Below, one piece after another: positions 26,324 through 39,188 of a stretch of 64,000 bases of DNA. The position numbers were made by a program, and so were the translations under genes. The notes beneath the pieces were generated by a model. It worked only from the letters and a program-made list of their open reading frames with translations, did no database searches and was not told the DNA's origin. Each line of letters starts with the position of its first letter. Position 1 is the stretch's first letter. The DNA lies in assembly GCF_006345805.1 (NCBI RefSeq), contig NC_043001.1:67828001-67892000 (forward strand). Reading direction: 5' to 3'. This DNA comes from Octopus sinensis (taxonomy: Eukaryota).

Positions 26324-27135
26324 ATATATATGTATATGTGTATATATATATATATATGCATATACGTATATACATACATAGGCATACACACATATACATG
26401 TATATACACATGTATATATATATATACATACATATATATACACACACATGTGTGTGTGTGTGTATTATACATATATAATGTGTACACACACACACACACA
26501 CACACATACTCATTCACTCATACACACACACAGCCCTCAGAAATATGTTTTTGTAAATGTAAACGCCATCATAACATTTGAATAACATTTAATTGAAAAT
26601 GCGTTTCTTCATTTCCCCAGTCTCCCGCTCCATATTTGCCCTCTCTGTCTCTCTTTCTCTCTGTACATATATACATATATGTGATATATACAATATAAAA
26701 GATATGTAATACACACACACACACACACACACACTCACACACACATATACACATGCACATACACATATACATACTTATAGACATACGAATATATGTACGT
26801 ATGTGTATGAACAATTACGTATGCACAGACGCACACATTCATACAGTATGCTTCTGAGTGCGTTTATGTTTACGTGTGTCTATAATTTCGGGGAAAGCAT
26901 ATAGGGATATTTAAAAACAAAATGTAATGACTGCCAGGTGTGAATTGACTGAAAATTTTCTGCCCTCAATACATTACCATTTAGACAGTGAAGCCGTCCT
27001 GCAACTAGCGGAATGTTGTTTTCCATAATCCTGTAATTTCATGCATATGTAGTCAGAGACATTCCGTTTGTCCCTATACGGCGTTTGCTTTTATGATATA
27101 TGTATATATTGGATAAGTATTTTACATAGTGTGTG

Positions 27136-27168
<33 letters not shown>

Positions 27169-27169
27169 T

Positions 27170-27220
<51 letters not shown>

Positions 27221-27239
27221 TGTATATATATATATATAT

Positions 27240-28266
27240 TGTTACGCCTTCCGATTGATTCGACCACGGGCCCTAGGTCGCGACGACGACGCTCAGTAAA
27301 CCGGAAATCCACCACGGAAAGTGGGAGAAGGTGGCGAACGCATCCAGAAACCAACACAACGACAACAAAAGAAAGAGACACAGCGGAAGTTGTGTAATTT
27401 AGCAATTTTTTTCAAAACAAAATCAAAGCATTCCAAAACGAAGGTTGACAAATCACATACAGAGTTCGAAGAACAATCATTTGAATTTAAACATAATACA
27501 GAGTTTAACATTTGACACAATACTGTTCGGTCTTTTTTTCAAGACAAATCGTTTTGATTACATTTAACACAAAGTTCAAAATCAACAGTCTCTTAGAGCT
27601 CCAATTTCCTCTTTTTTTTTTAACACGACAGTTCTCAAAATAAAGGCTCCTTTTATTTCTTTAAAACATTTCCAAGTTCTTTTTTTTCCTTCCTTCACTT
27701 TTCTTTTGAAAACAGCCCACAACACGCTTTTTTTTTCTCTTTCTTTTTCAAACATTTAAACATCGAAATTTAAAACACAAATAAAACATTATCGCATGTT
27801 CCTCGCCTGCAACACTCCCTGACATCACAAAACTCTCACTATAACAGTCCGGCTTCTTTATGTCTCTCTCTGCCCCTTCACTGTCATCTTCCTTACTACT
27901 TCTCTCTCTCACACTCACTGTCTGTCTCTCTCTAGACCACGCCTGTCATCTTTGTCGCTGCCTCTCGCCGACTGCACCATCTCGAATTCACTCCCTTGTC
28001 CGCTCCGCTCACACAACCCTCTCACGGTTTCTTGCTGACTGCTCCTCACCGACTGACTAACAAACTTAGTGCTAGCCGTATTTATAAAAACTTTCCGTGA
28101 CCGTGTGGAGTCGTAGATCAAAGCCTCTAATCATTAATATTCGTGGTCTTTGACAGGACAAAGGAAATACCATTGTCTTGAACAACTGGAGCGCCGGTTC
28201 AATTCCAACTAATGGAACAAGGGCCATAATGTTTTCTGTTCGTTTACCTTTTCTTGCCTCCGTAAC

Positions 28267-28267
<1 letters not shown>
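27240..28267 (-). mobile_element. Solo LTR (~1.03 kb)
   Basis: Inverted termini TGTTACG...CGTAACA and a 4-bp ATAT duplication on both sides (in AT-rich context). Minus strand shows TATAAATA at about 28080, TCAGT about 25-30 nt downstream and AATAAA at about 27650. Confidence 0.7.
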
Positions 28268-28323
<56 letters not shown>

Positions 28324-28324
<1 letters not shown>

Positions 28325-28535
28325 GGCGGCGATATGGCAGAAACGTTAGCGCGCCGGGCGAAATGCTAAGCGGTATTTCGCCTGTCGTTACGTTGTGAGT
28401 TCAAATTCCGCCGAGGTCGACTTTGCCTTTCATCCTTTCGGGGTTGATAAATAAAGTACCAATTTCGCACTGGGGTCGATGTAATCGACTTAATCCCTTT
28501 GTCTGTCCTTGTTTGTACCCATGTGGGTAGTAAAG

Positions 28536-28540
<5 letters not shown>
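28324..28540 (+). mobile_element. tRNA-derived SINE, second family
   Basis: Homologous to 9762-9980; GAGTTCAAATTCC B box. Confidence 0.8.
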
Positions 28541-28587
<47 letters not shown>

Positions 28588-28723
28588 ATAAAACGGTAAG
28601 ATAACAAAAGAAAGAAAGAGACCTCAATATTATGTAAATAGAGGAAATTTATCTATACAATATGTTACATTACTCGGTAGTCAAAACTCAGAGTTTTATC
28701 TTGACTACCGAGTAATGTAACAT

Positions 28724-28831
<108 letters not shown>

Positions 28832-28862
28832 ATATATATATATGTATATGTATATATATATT

Positions 28863-29079
28863 TGAGGGGTTGCTGAAAAGTTCCTGGCTTCGGATAAAAG
28901 AAAATACAGGAAGATCAGTTAATTATGATTTTATTCTACATATTCCTCTCTTAGTTTCACACACTTATAGCAACAGTAGTTCAGTTTTTCTAAGCCCTGC
29001 AAAAGAACTTGGAAGTTTGGGCCTCCAGCCAGGCCTTTCGCGATACCTTTAAAGCCAAGAACATTTCAGCACCCCCTCG
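28863..29079. mobile_element. mariner-derived MITE (217 bp)
   Basis: TIRs GAGGGGTTGCTGAAAAGTTCCTGGCTT and AAGCCAAGAACATTTCAGCACCCCCTC, with TA on the right flank; no coding capacity. Confidence 0.8.
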
Positions 29080-29104
<25 letters not shown>

Positions 29105-29117
<13 letters not shown>

Positions 29118-29870
29118 CCAAAGATTTGTGCGTTGGAGCACTGTTCTGATGAAACAAATCCTTCTTTCGTTAGCTTTCTTCAGCGTTCGGTCTTAATACT
29201 CTTTCGTTACTGCTTCAGCAACTTGGCATAGCAGTCTCCATTGAAGGTGTGACCCTTTTGAAGATAGTAAACACAATACCTTTTGCGTGGAGTGTCTTCC
29301 CTTAATGTAGTTACCCTATCAGCATGAATATTCTTGGAGCTAACCATTTTTCTGCAGGTACTTGATAACACCACAATGCCAAATTTTGTCAATTTTCAAG
29401 AGAAGTCGGTACTAGTTACTTCAAATGTCTTCTTTGAACAGTCAGTTTACCTAGAAAGAAACAATGCAGTTATCAATAAGAATTACTAAATTTGTGCATT
29501 TAATATATATTTAAGAAAAATAAGAAAATAGAGATTAATCACTTAATAACTGTATTTATTTATTGCAAAAAAATAGACATAATCCCTAACAGCTGTTTCG
29601 ATTCAGACTTGAAAGATTTTAATTGAAATAATTAAATCATTAATAAGTAGAATCTCGTCGGATTATGCCTATTTTTATAATTAATAAATATAATTATTAA
29701 TTAATCAATCTCTATTTTAAAAATTTTATCTTGAATAAATATAAACCTCGGTTTATCTAGTTACCTATTATTTATGAGTATTAAAATTAATATTCAAAAG
29801 ATATAGTAAGTAATAAACCAGTAAATTAATTGGATATTATTCCTAAATGAGGCTTATTTAACATCTAATT

Positions 29871-29944
<74 letters not shown>

Positions 29945-29945
29945 G

Positions 29946-29980
<35 letters not shown>

Positions 29981-30747
29981 AGAGAGAGAGAGACCAAAGA
30001 TTTGTGCGTTGGAGCACTGTTCTGATGAAACAAATCCTTCTTTCGTTAGCTTTCTTCAGCGTTCGGTCTTAATACTCTTTCGTTACTGCTTCAGCAACTT
30101 GGCATAGCAGTCTCCATTGAAGGTGTGACCCTTTTGAAGATAGTAAACACAATACCTTTTGCGTGGAGTGTCTTCCCTTAATGTAGTTACCCTATCAGCA
30201 TGAATATTCTTGGAGCTAAACCATTTTTCTGCAGGTACTTGATAACACCACAATGCCAAATTTTGTCAATTTTCAAGAGAAGTCGGTACTAGTTACTTCA
30301 AATGTCTTCTTTGAACAGTCAGTTTACCTAGAAAGAAACAATGCAGTTATCAATAAGAATTACTAAATTTGTGCATTTAATATATATTTAAGAAAAATAA
30401 GAAAATAGAGATTAATCACTTAATAACTGTATTTATTTATTGCAAAAAAATAGACATAATCCCTAACAGCTGTTTCGATTCAGACTTGAAAGATTTTAAT
30501 TGAAATAATTAAATCATTATAAAGTAGAATCTCGTCGGATTATGCCTATTTTTATAATTAATAAATATAATTATTAATTAATCAATCTCTATTTTAAAAA
30601 TTTTATCTTGAATAAATATAAACCTCGGTTTATCTAGTTACCTATTATTTATGAGTATTAAAATTAATATTCAAAAGATATAGTAAGTAATAAACCAGTA
30701 AATTAATTGGATATTATTCCTTAATGAGGCTTATTTAACATCTAATT

Positions 30748-30760
<13 letters not shown>
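29105..30760. repeat. Near-identical tandem duplication (877-bp offset) of a mariner fragment plus an AT-rich HHR-bearing repeat
   Basis: 29105-29880 matches 29981-30750 with only a handful of differences. The unit contains a minus-strand mariner remnant (YLQKGHTFNGDCYAKLLKQ). Confidence 0.9.
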
Positions 30761-30785
<25 letters not shown>

Positions 30786-30786
30786 C

Positions 30787-30818
<32 letters not shown>

Positions 30819-30849
30819 ATATATATATAATATATATATTATGATGTAT

Positions 30850-30881
<32 letters not shown>

Positions 30882-30884
30882 GTT

Positions 30885-31200
30885 AATCCAAACAAGAAAA
30901 CTCAAAAGCAAAAAAACACAACAACGCGAGGACGTGGAACAAATAAAGTATTATTGGACGCTCAGGAAAGAAGGGAAGAAGGAGGGTTTAACGTTTCGAG
31001 CGGAGCTCTTCGTCGGCAACATAGGAGAAGGAAAGATCTCAAGAAGGGAAGACAGAGGAAAAAAAATCGCCAGTGGTACTCACGAGGTCACATATTGAAA
31101 GACCGGAAGTAGAAAGGTGGAAGAATAATGTTTTTTTAAAGACAGGAGAGTTTTCAAAGACAGTATGGTAAAGAAAGTGAGAGGGGGAATGTGTGTGGAT
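30885..31200 (-). mobile_element. PLE pseudo-LTR-like repeat with a minimal hammerhead motif
   Basis: Minus strand reads GTTG-CCGACGA-A-GAGC TCC GCTC-GAAA-CGTT-AAAC at 31020-30986; it lies downstream of the minus-strand Penelope. Confidence 0.55.
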
Positions 31201-31209
31201 GTGTGCGTG

Positions 31210-32285
31210 CGGGGAGGTCTGCGTGTGCGCGCGTGTGTGTATGTGTGCAATGATGACACGTGTGTGTGTGCGCGTGTGTGTGTATGTGTGTATGGCGAAC
31301 AACTGGCTAGTAGCTGGCCAGCATGTAAGAATTAAGGAGTGGTGTTTTTGGGTCCAGCCACAGGTCAAAAACAAAGAAGTATGTGTGTGTGCTTGTATGT
31401 ATATGTATCGTGTGTATGTTTTGTTTGTAGTATGTGTGTGTGTATGTGTGTGTTCGTGTGTGTATGCGTAGAGTTTGGGTGTGTGGCGAGTAACTGTGCT
31501 TAACTTAGTGTATGTGTGCGTGTGTGCTTGTACGTGCGTGTGTGTATATATATGTATGTATAATTGTGTGCGTGTATGAATAGTTGTGTGCCGTGTGTGT
31601 GGGATGTATGTGTGGGTTCATTTGTGTATTTGTGTATATATGTGCGTGTATGTGTGCGTTTGTATGTGTGTGTGTGTAAGCGTATATGGATGTATATGCG
31701 TGTATCCGTGGGGTTGTGAGTTTTAGGCGTGTGCATGTGTGCGTGCGTATGTGTGCGCATGTTTTTGTGTGCGTATGTGTGTGTGTGTGTCTGTGCTTAT
31801 ATGTGTGTACGTATGTGTATGTGTGCGTGCGCGTGTAGGTATATATTGTGTGTGTGTATGTATATGTGTCGGTGTGTATGTGAATTTGTGTGTGTTTGTA
31901 CGTGTGTACGTGTGTGTGCGTGTATTGTATATATATGTAAATATGTGTGTGTGTACGTGCGTGCGAATGTATGTATATATGTGCGTGTGTGTACAAATGT
32001 AGTGGTTTATATGTGTGTTTATATGCTTATATGTGTGTATATGTATGTATGCAAGCACATACTTTATAATTGAAAGATAGATGGAAAAAATATTGGTGTG
32101 GCTGTATGTGAATCCACAGGCACACACATACACACACTGACGCACGCCTGCAACACAGCCAACCCCTTATGCATATATGCATATATGTATGTATGTGTGT
32201 GTGTATGTATGTATGTATGTGTGTGTATGTGTGCGTGTATGTATGTATGCATGTATGTATGTGCGTATGTGTGTAAGTGTGTGTG

Positions 32286-32317
<32 letters not shown>

Positions 32318-32817
32318 TGTATGTATGTATGTATGTATGTATGTATGTATATGTGTGTGTGTGTATGTGTGTAAGGCGAACAACTGGCTAGTAGCTGGCC
32401 AGTATGTAAGAATAAGGAGTGGTGATTTTGTGTCCAGCCACAGGTCAAAAACAAAGAGGTATGTGTGCGTGCGTGTATGTATATGTATCGTATGTGTGTT
32501 TTGTTTGTAGTGTGTGTGTGTGTGTGTATGTGTGTGTTCGTGTGTGTATGCGTAGAGTTTGGGTGTGTGGCGAGTAACCGTGCTTAACTTAGTGTATGTG
32601 TGTGTGTGCCTGTACGTGCGTGTGTGTGTATATATATATGTATGTATAATTGTGTGCCGTGTGTATGGGATGTATGTCTGGGTTCATTTGTGTGTGTGTG
32701 TATGTGTGTGCGTGTATGTGTGTGTATGTGTGCGTGTATGTGTGTGTATGTATGTGTGTGTATGTGTGCGTGTATGTATGTATGTGTGCATGCGTGTATG
32801 TGTGTGTATGTGTGTAA

Positions 32818-32850
<33 letters not shown>

Positions 32851-33900
32851 TGTATGTATGTGTGTGTGTATGTGTGTGTGTGTGTGTGTGTATATGTGTA
32901 TGTATGTGTATGTGTGCGTGCGCGTGTAGGTATATATTGTGTGTATGTATATGTGTCGGTGTGTATGTGAATTTGTGTGTGTTTGTACGTGTGTATGTGT
33001 GTGCGTGTATTGTATATATATGTAAATGTGTATGTGTGTGCGTGTGTGTGTACATGCGTGCGAGTGAATGTATGTATATATGTGCGTGTGTGTACAAATG
33101 TAGAGGTTTATATGTGTGTTTATAAGTTTATATGTGTGTATATGTATGTATGTATGTATGTGTGCGTGTATGTGTGTGTATGTGTGTGTGTATGTATGTG
33201 TGTATGTATGTATGTGTGTGTGTGTGTTTGTGTGTATGTATGTATGTATGTATGTATTTATGTGTGTATGTGTGTAAGTGTGTGTGTGTGTATGTATGTA
33301 TGTGTGTGTGTGTGTGTGTGTATATGTATGTATGTGTGCATGCGTGTATGTGTGTGTATGTATGTGTGCATGAGTGTATGTGTGTGTATGTGTGTGTGTG
33401 CATGTATGTATGTATGTATGTATGTATGTATGTATGTATGTATGTGTGTATGTATGTGTGTGTATGTATGTATGTGTGTATGTGTGTATGTGTGTGTGTA
33501 TATGTGTATGTATGTATGTGTGTATGTATGTATGTGTGTGTATGTGTGTATGTATTTATGTATGAATGTATGTATGTATGTGTGTGTGTGTGTGAATTTA
33601 TGCGTGTGTGCGTGGGGGTTCTTCTGGAGTTGTGTGGGCGTAATGTACATGCCCGTGCTTGTGTGCGTGTGTGCGCTTACGTGCGTGTATGTGTGTGTGT
33701 GTCTGCTAGGTGTTTATAAGAGTGTGCGTATGTGTATGAGTATTTTTTGTTGGTGTGTGTGCACGGGCATGTGTGTGTGCGCGTGGGGGTTTGTGGGGGT
33801 ATGGGTGGGTGTATAGGTGTGGAAGTATGTGTGCGTACATGTGCATGTAGGTTGTATGTGTGTGGTGTGTTGGAAATAGGTGTGTTCGTGGATACGTGGG
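31210..33900. repeat. Complex (TG)/(TATG) tract containing a ~1.08-kb internal duplication
   Basis: The unique island GGCGAACAACTGGCTAGTAGCTGGCCAG...GTAGAGTTTGGGTGTGTGGCGAGTAAC occurs at about 31295 and about 32375. Confidence 0.9.
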
Positions 33901-33919
33901 TATGTGTGTGTGTTTCTGT

Positions 33920-36900
33920 ATAAGTACAAAAAAAGGGGAGAGGTGGAGCGCAGTCGCTAAGAGGAGGGGGCTGTGTTGAGTCCGTGTGGGGTATTGGTTT
34001 GTAGAGTGAAAATGAAACGTTGCACCAAGTGAAGCCTGGAATGTGGAGGACCGTTGTGTGGGGCGAGACCAAACACAGATGTCCTCGGGGGAATGGCTGG
34101 CCGAGCGGAAGTGACGTGCGACGGGAGAATTGGACTGTAGACGAACATCCCTTAGATGTTCGGCGAATCGGTCTGACAACCGGCGTCCCGTCTGTCCTAT
34201 ATACAGCATTCCGCAGAGGTTGCATTTAATGCAGTATATGAGACCAGACGAAGTACACGTAAAAGAATGTCTGATATGTACAGTTCGCTGGTTGGAACCG
34301 GTGACAGCAGTGGTGTTGGTGATGAAGGGGCAGGTGTTGCAGCGGGATCTGGAGCACGGGAAGGATCCGTGTGGGGCTGAGGTCGCGTAGATTTCGGGCT
34401 CGTTTGAAGGAGGACAGGGGTGGGTTGGGGAAAATGGGGCGGGTCGTGGGATCGAGCTGGAGGCGACGGAAGGCACGTAGTATCGTCCGACGAAGGGGTA
34501 GAGTAGAGGGGGTTGAAAAGGAGGGGAAGGGGTGCGGTTAGGGCGTGGGTGAGAGGAAGGAGAAAGGGCGGTGGTGTGGTCGATGCGATGAGCGCGGGCG
34601 AGGGCGTTCAAGACCAGTGTAGGTGGGTATCCTCGAAGCCTGAACAGGCGGGCCAGGTATTGAGACTGGGTCTCGAAATCCTGGTCACGGCTGCACAAGC
34701 GTCGGAGGCGGAGGAACTGGGAGTAGGGGATGGCCCGTTTGGTGTGGAAGGAATGGGAGGAGGAGAAGTTGAGATAGAGGTGGGAATCCGTGGGTTTGAA
34801 GAAGGTGGAGGTGGTGAGAGAGTGGGAGGGTTGGTCGATGCTGAGAGAGATATCAAGGAAGTTGACAGAGGTATTGGAGATGGTGGAAGTGAATTGTAGA
34901 GAGGGGTGGAAGTTAGAGAGGAAAGAGATGAAGTGGCAGAGTTGTTCGCGGGAAAAGGAGGTGGCGCCTATGCAGTCGTCTATGTAGTGACCGTATAGTT
35001 CTGGGGTCGGCCCGGAGAATTGGGAAAATACTTGGGCCTCAATGTAGCCAACAAAGAGATTGGCGAAATTGGGGCCCATTCTTGTTCCCATCGCGACCCC
35101 GGACCGCTGTTGGTACGTTTCCCCGGCGAACGTGAACCAATTGAGGGTGAGGACGAGCTCTGCCAGGCGGAGAAGGGTGGGGGTTCTGGGGATGGGGTCG
35201 GGACGACGGTCGAGGAAGTGTTGGAGGGCTAAGAGACCGTTGTTGTGGGTATATACCGTATACAGGGATTTTATGTCTAAGGTGAAGAGGAGGTGTGAGG
35301 GGCTGGAAGGGAGGGAAAAGGAATTGAAGAGACGGAGGGCGTGGTTGGTGTCATGTATGTGGGATGGGAGGGCTGCGACTAAGGGGGACAGGATGCGGTC
35401 GAGGTATAGGGAAAGGTGTTCAGTGGGGCAATTACAGGCGGAAACGATGGGGCGGCCAGGGTTATTGGGTTTATGCATTTTGGGAAGGAAATAGATGGTG
35501 GAGGTGCGGGGTGTGCGGACGATGAGGTTGGTGGTGGTCGGGGGGGGAGAGCAGAAGAGGAGATGAGGTCGTGGATGGTGGAGGACACTCGCTGTTGGTA
35601 GGAAGAGGTGGGATCGGAGGGGAGGAGGCGATAGAAGAGGGGATTTTGAAGCTGGCTGAGCGCTTCCTCCCTGTAGAGATCTGCGCGTCACATCACCACT
35701 GCTCCGCCTTTGTCCGCCGGTTTGATGACAATGTCATTGCGGCGACGGAAGTGGCGAAGGGCAATCAATTCAGCCCGAGTGAGGTTGTCTCGGAGAGGTC
35801 TTTTTTTAAAGTTAAACTGGTTGACCAGCGCGCTGCAGTCGTTCACGAACAAATCTAGGCTACTGAATTGGCCTGGGGGCGGCGTCCAGTTGGATGGGCG
35901 GCGCCCCAGCTCCAAAAGGCAATCCTGATTTTCGTGACGCTGCGGGGACGCGTGGAAGAATGCGCAAAGTTTGAGGCGGCGCAGGAACTGGTTGACGTCG
36001 GTCCGAGTCTCGAATTCGTCACAGTGACGCGTGAGAGGCGTGAAGCGGAGTCCCTTACTGAGGAGAGAGCGCTCGGCAGCGGAGAGGGGAAGATTGGGGG
36101 GTATAGTGACAACAGTGCGAGGAAGCGGGGTGGTGGGATGTGTGGGGTCAGGAAGAGGGGGTGCAGAGGTGTGGGGAGGAGAGTTGGGGTGGTTGGGTGA
36201 AGATGGGGTAGGCGTAGGAAGGTCAGGATGGGGTGTGTGTGGGTCCGTGGAAGGGGAAGGGGAGGGAGTGGTGGGTGCGGGAATGGAGGGAGTCGAGGGA
36301 GCTGAAGGGGAGGATGTAGGGGAGGGGGGAGGGGAAGGAGGTGAAGGGTTGAGGAGATGGTGGAGGTTTTTGTTTTTTGTGTGTGTGAGGAAATTGTGAA
36401 GTTGGTGGTTGAGATTAAGAATGAAGCGGAGAATAGGTTGGGTGAAGAGTGGAGGGTAGAGGGAGGAGAGAAGGACGTAAGCCTGGGGAAGTTGGTGGTC
36501 AAGGGAGTGAAGGTGAGAGCGGATGGAACGGATGGTTGCACGGATGAGGAGGCGGGAAATGCGAGCGAGGGTGGGTTGGATGAGGGGGAGGAATAGGGGG
36601 TGGCGTGGAACTTCAAGAGGAAGCCACGGGGTGTGACGTGATGGCGGAGGCAACGGCTGAGGAAGGAGAGATGGCTAGAGTGGCGAGTTTTTTTAAAAAG
36701 TAAGTGAGAAAGTTTTTTGCGGGTTGTAAGCATTGGGCGGGGAAGAAAGCGAGAAAGCGGCTAAGAAGGGATTGAAGGTGTTGGACGAACTAGTGTAAGT
36801 CAGACATGTTGAAAAGTGATGAATGTTTGTGTAGGTGTAAGTGGTGGCGACACAAGTGGAAAAATGGAGGTAGAAGAAGAAGGGTAAAGAAGAAAAACGT

Positions 36901-37050
36901 ACGAGAAAAAAAGTTCGAGGAAAAAAGTTATTGTAGAGTCACGGACAGATTATTTTTGATTTCCAATCACGATTTCAGTGGCGTACACCGGAAGTATGGT
37001 AACAGTATTCCGTAGGTGTAAAAATCCAGGAATTAGTATCCAAGGCACTC
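33920..37050 (-). mobile_element. Penelope-like retroelement (Neptune-like), full-length ORF broken by frameshifts
   Basis: N-terminal HLSFLSRC..P.GF, then KPADKGGAVV, LFTLDIKSLYT, GVAMGTRMGP, YIDD, FLDI and a GIY-YIG nuclease (CSRSRCNTC, LIYCIKCNLCGMLYIGQT, RFAEH, VARHF) across ORFs 35855-36733, 35688-36653 and 33706-35691. Confidence 0.93.
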
Positions 37051-37106
37051 AGTATGTGTGTGTGTGTGTGTGTGTGTGTTTGCGTGTGTGTGTGTGTGTC
37101 TGTATG

Positions 37107-37975
37107 CACGAAGGGGTACCCAAAAGAAACCGGAATTTTGCAATATTCACTTCGCTTTACATGTTTACGCTGTTATCATCTTCATAGTATTCTCCATTTG
37201 AAGCAATACTTGAGTCCACACGCATTTTTCACTGTTCGAAGCAGTCCTGAAATTCTTGCGAAGTGATACCTTTTAACGCCTCCATTATGTTTTGCTTCAA
37301 CTCTTCCACATCTGCAAAACGTTTTCCTTTAAGGACTTATTTGATTCCAGGAAACTAAAAAAGTCGCAGAGAGCAAGGTCGGGTGGGTAAGCGAGGTCAT
37401 ACTCTCAAGGCGGTGTGCACAGGCATATTGTCGTGATGAAACTACTGCTCTCCATTTTGCCACAGGTCGTGGCGTTTTCGTCTCACTGCGTCTCGCAAAA
37501 GCTTCAGAACTGCCAAGTAAAATGTCTACTTAACAGTTTGAGTAGGAGGAACAAATTCTGTGCGGAAAATTACTTTTGCATCGATGAAACAAACCAGCAT
37601 CGTCTTGACATTGGACTTCATTTGACGCACTTTTTTTTGGCGGAGGCGAGGCGGGGGCGGGGGAGACGTGCTGACATAGAATGCTTCCATTAACTTGACT
37701 GCTGCTTCGTTTCCGGCCGTAGCAGCAGCTTTCGTCACCAGTAATGAGCTTCGAAAAAGGTCCAGATCAACTATTAAATTTTGCTGCAGCTCTTTTCATT
37801 GGCAATTCCTCGCTCAAAATCAATTGGCAGGAGCTCCAGAAGACACCGGTCGTATCAACAAATTTGTCAATTGTTTGGTCCTCCAAGATCAGTTCACGAA
37901 TTTTCATGATGCTTTCATTCGTTCGTGAGGTCGACAGTCGCCCTGAATAAGGTTACTTTTGGACACCCTCTCGTG
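37107..37975 (-). mobile_element. Internally deleted mariner transposon
   Basis: About 25-bp imperfect TIRs (CACGAAGGGGTACCCAAAAGAAACC versus the reverse complement CACGAGAGGGTGTCCAAAAGTAACC). Remnants KKVRQMKSNVKTMLVCF and a decayed YSPDLAPCDF motif. Confidence 0.8.
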
Positions 37976-39188
37976 TATATTTCTTTCTTTCTTTCTTTCT
38001 TTCTTTCTTATCCTAATATTCCTTTTCTATTATCCCTACTTCCTCTCTCCCTCGCTCTCGTCTTCTCACACTTAATTGTAGGCTTTTTCCCTCCCTTCTC
38101 CTGTTTTTTCTCTCTCTCTCTCTTTGCTGCTCTCTCCCCCTCTCTCTCTCATCATCCCCTTTCCCTTCTATCTGCTGCCCACACGTGACCTGTGACTGAT
38201 TTTCTATTCTCTGCCTTCTCGCCCCGGACGCCTAGTCTGCTGGTCAATTTTTCTCCTCTCTTACTAATTCTTTTTTTTTATATTCATTTGAAGGTTTCTT
38301 CTAGGCGTTACTCATCATTCTCGTGTTTGGCCGAAAAACTGTATTTATTCCGTCTTCGTCTACCGTTTCAAATAACATTTGTTTACTTTCGTACGTCCAC
38401 CGTGTTTTGTTTTGTTTGCTCGAGTCCTAATTCTACGCAAATCTTGCTAGTGCCGCCGATCTCTCTCTCTCTATACACACACATATATATATATGTGTGT
38501 GTGTGTATGTGTGTGTGTGAGTGTGTCTCTCTGTGTATACGCATTTGAAGAAGCAATGAAAACAACATGAGTGATATTTTGATTTTTCGAACATGCATTT
38601 CTATTGCTGTTTCAATAAACCTTATGACATATTACATTTTCGTAGCAAATTACGTAATAATTTATGTAAGCACCCTGAGTATATAGCACACAAAAAAAAC
38701 AGTTGCACACTTGTGCTTTCTCAGTTACATACGCACATTGTCGCTGAACGACTCTCCTGTTCTTCCATGACAACACACTTTTGGATTTCACAAAATGCAC
38801 GCGCGCGCGCACACACACGCACACAACTGAACACACAAAAATATAGTTGTTCATACATACTGTGGTGTCGGTGGAGAGGACGACATATAGAAGAGGGCGG
38901 AAGTAGGGCTTGCAGGGCGCATGCGCGGCAGGAAGCGGAAGGCGGTGAGGGACGACGCACGTGTGGCATCAACGAAGCGGTAGTGGGAGCTGAGACGAGG
39001 AAGCGACGAGACGCATTGACTTTGTTGAGAGAGATCTGATCTTTGCTGAGTTTGGTAGACTAATCTTCGCCGAGGTAAGACCTAATTATATTTCCTTTCT
39101 CCTTTTCTGTTGTCTTCTTCATCATTCACACCACAAGCTATTTCGGCATATAAACAAAAACAATTCTCACACGGTTTTATAAATAAAA

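Noticed and set aside
26978-27030. Possible 53-nt minus-strand exon (IMENNIPLVAGRLHCLN)
   Set aside because: No polypyrimidine tract and no recognisable homology.
29146-29160. CTGATGAAAC
   Set aside because: It lies in antisense mariner coding sequence with no stems.
34513-36596. Gly/Arg/Glu-rich plus-strand ORFs
   Set aside because: Antisense shadows of the C-rich Penelope ORF.
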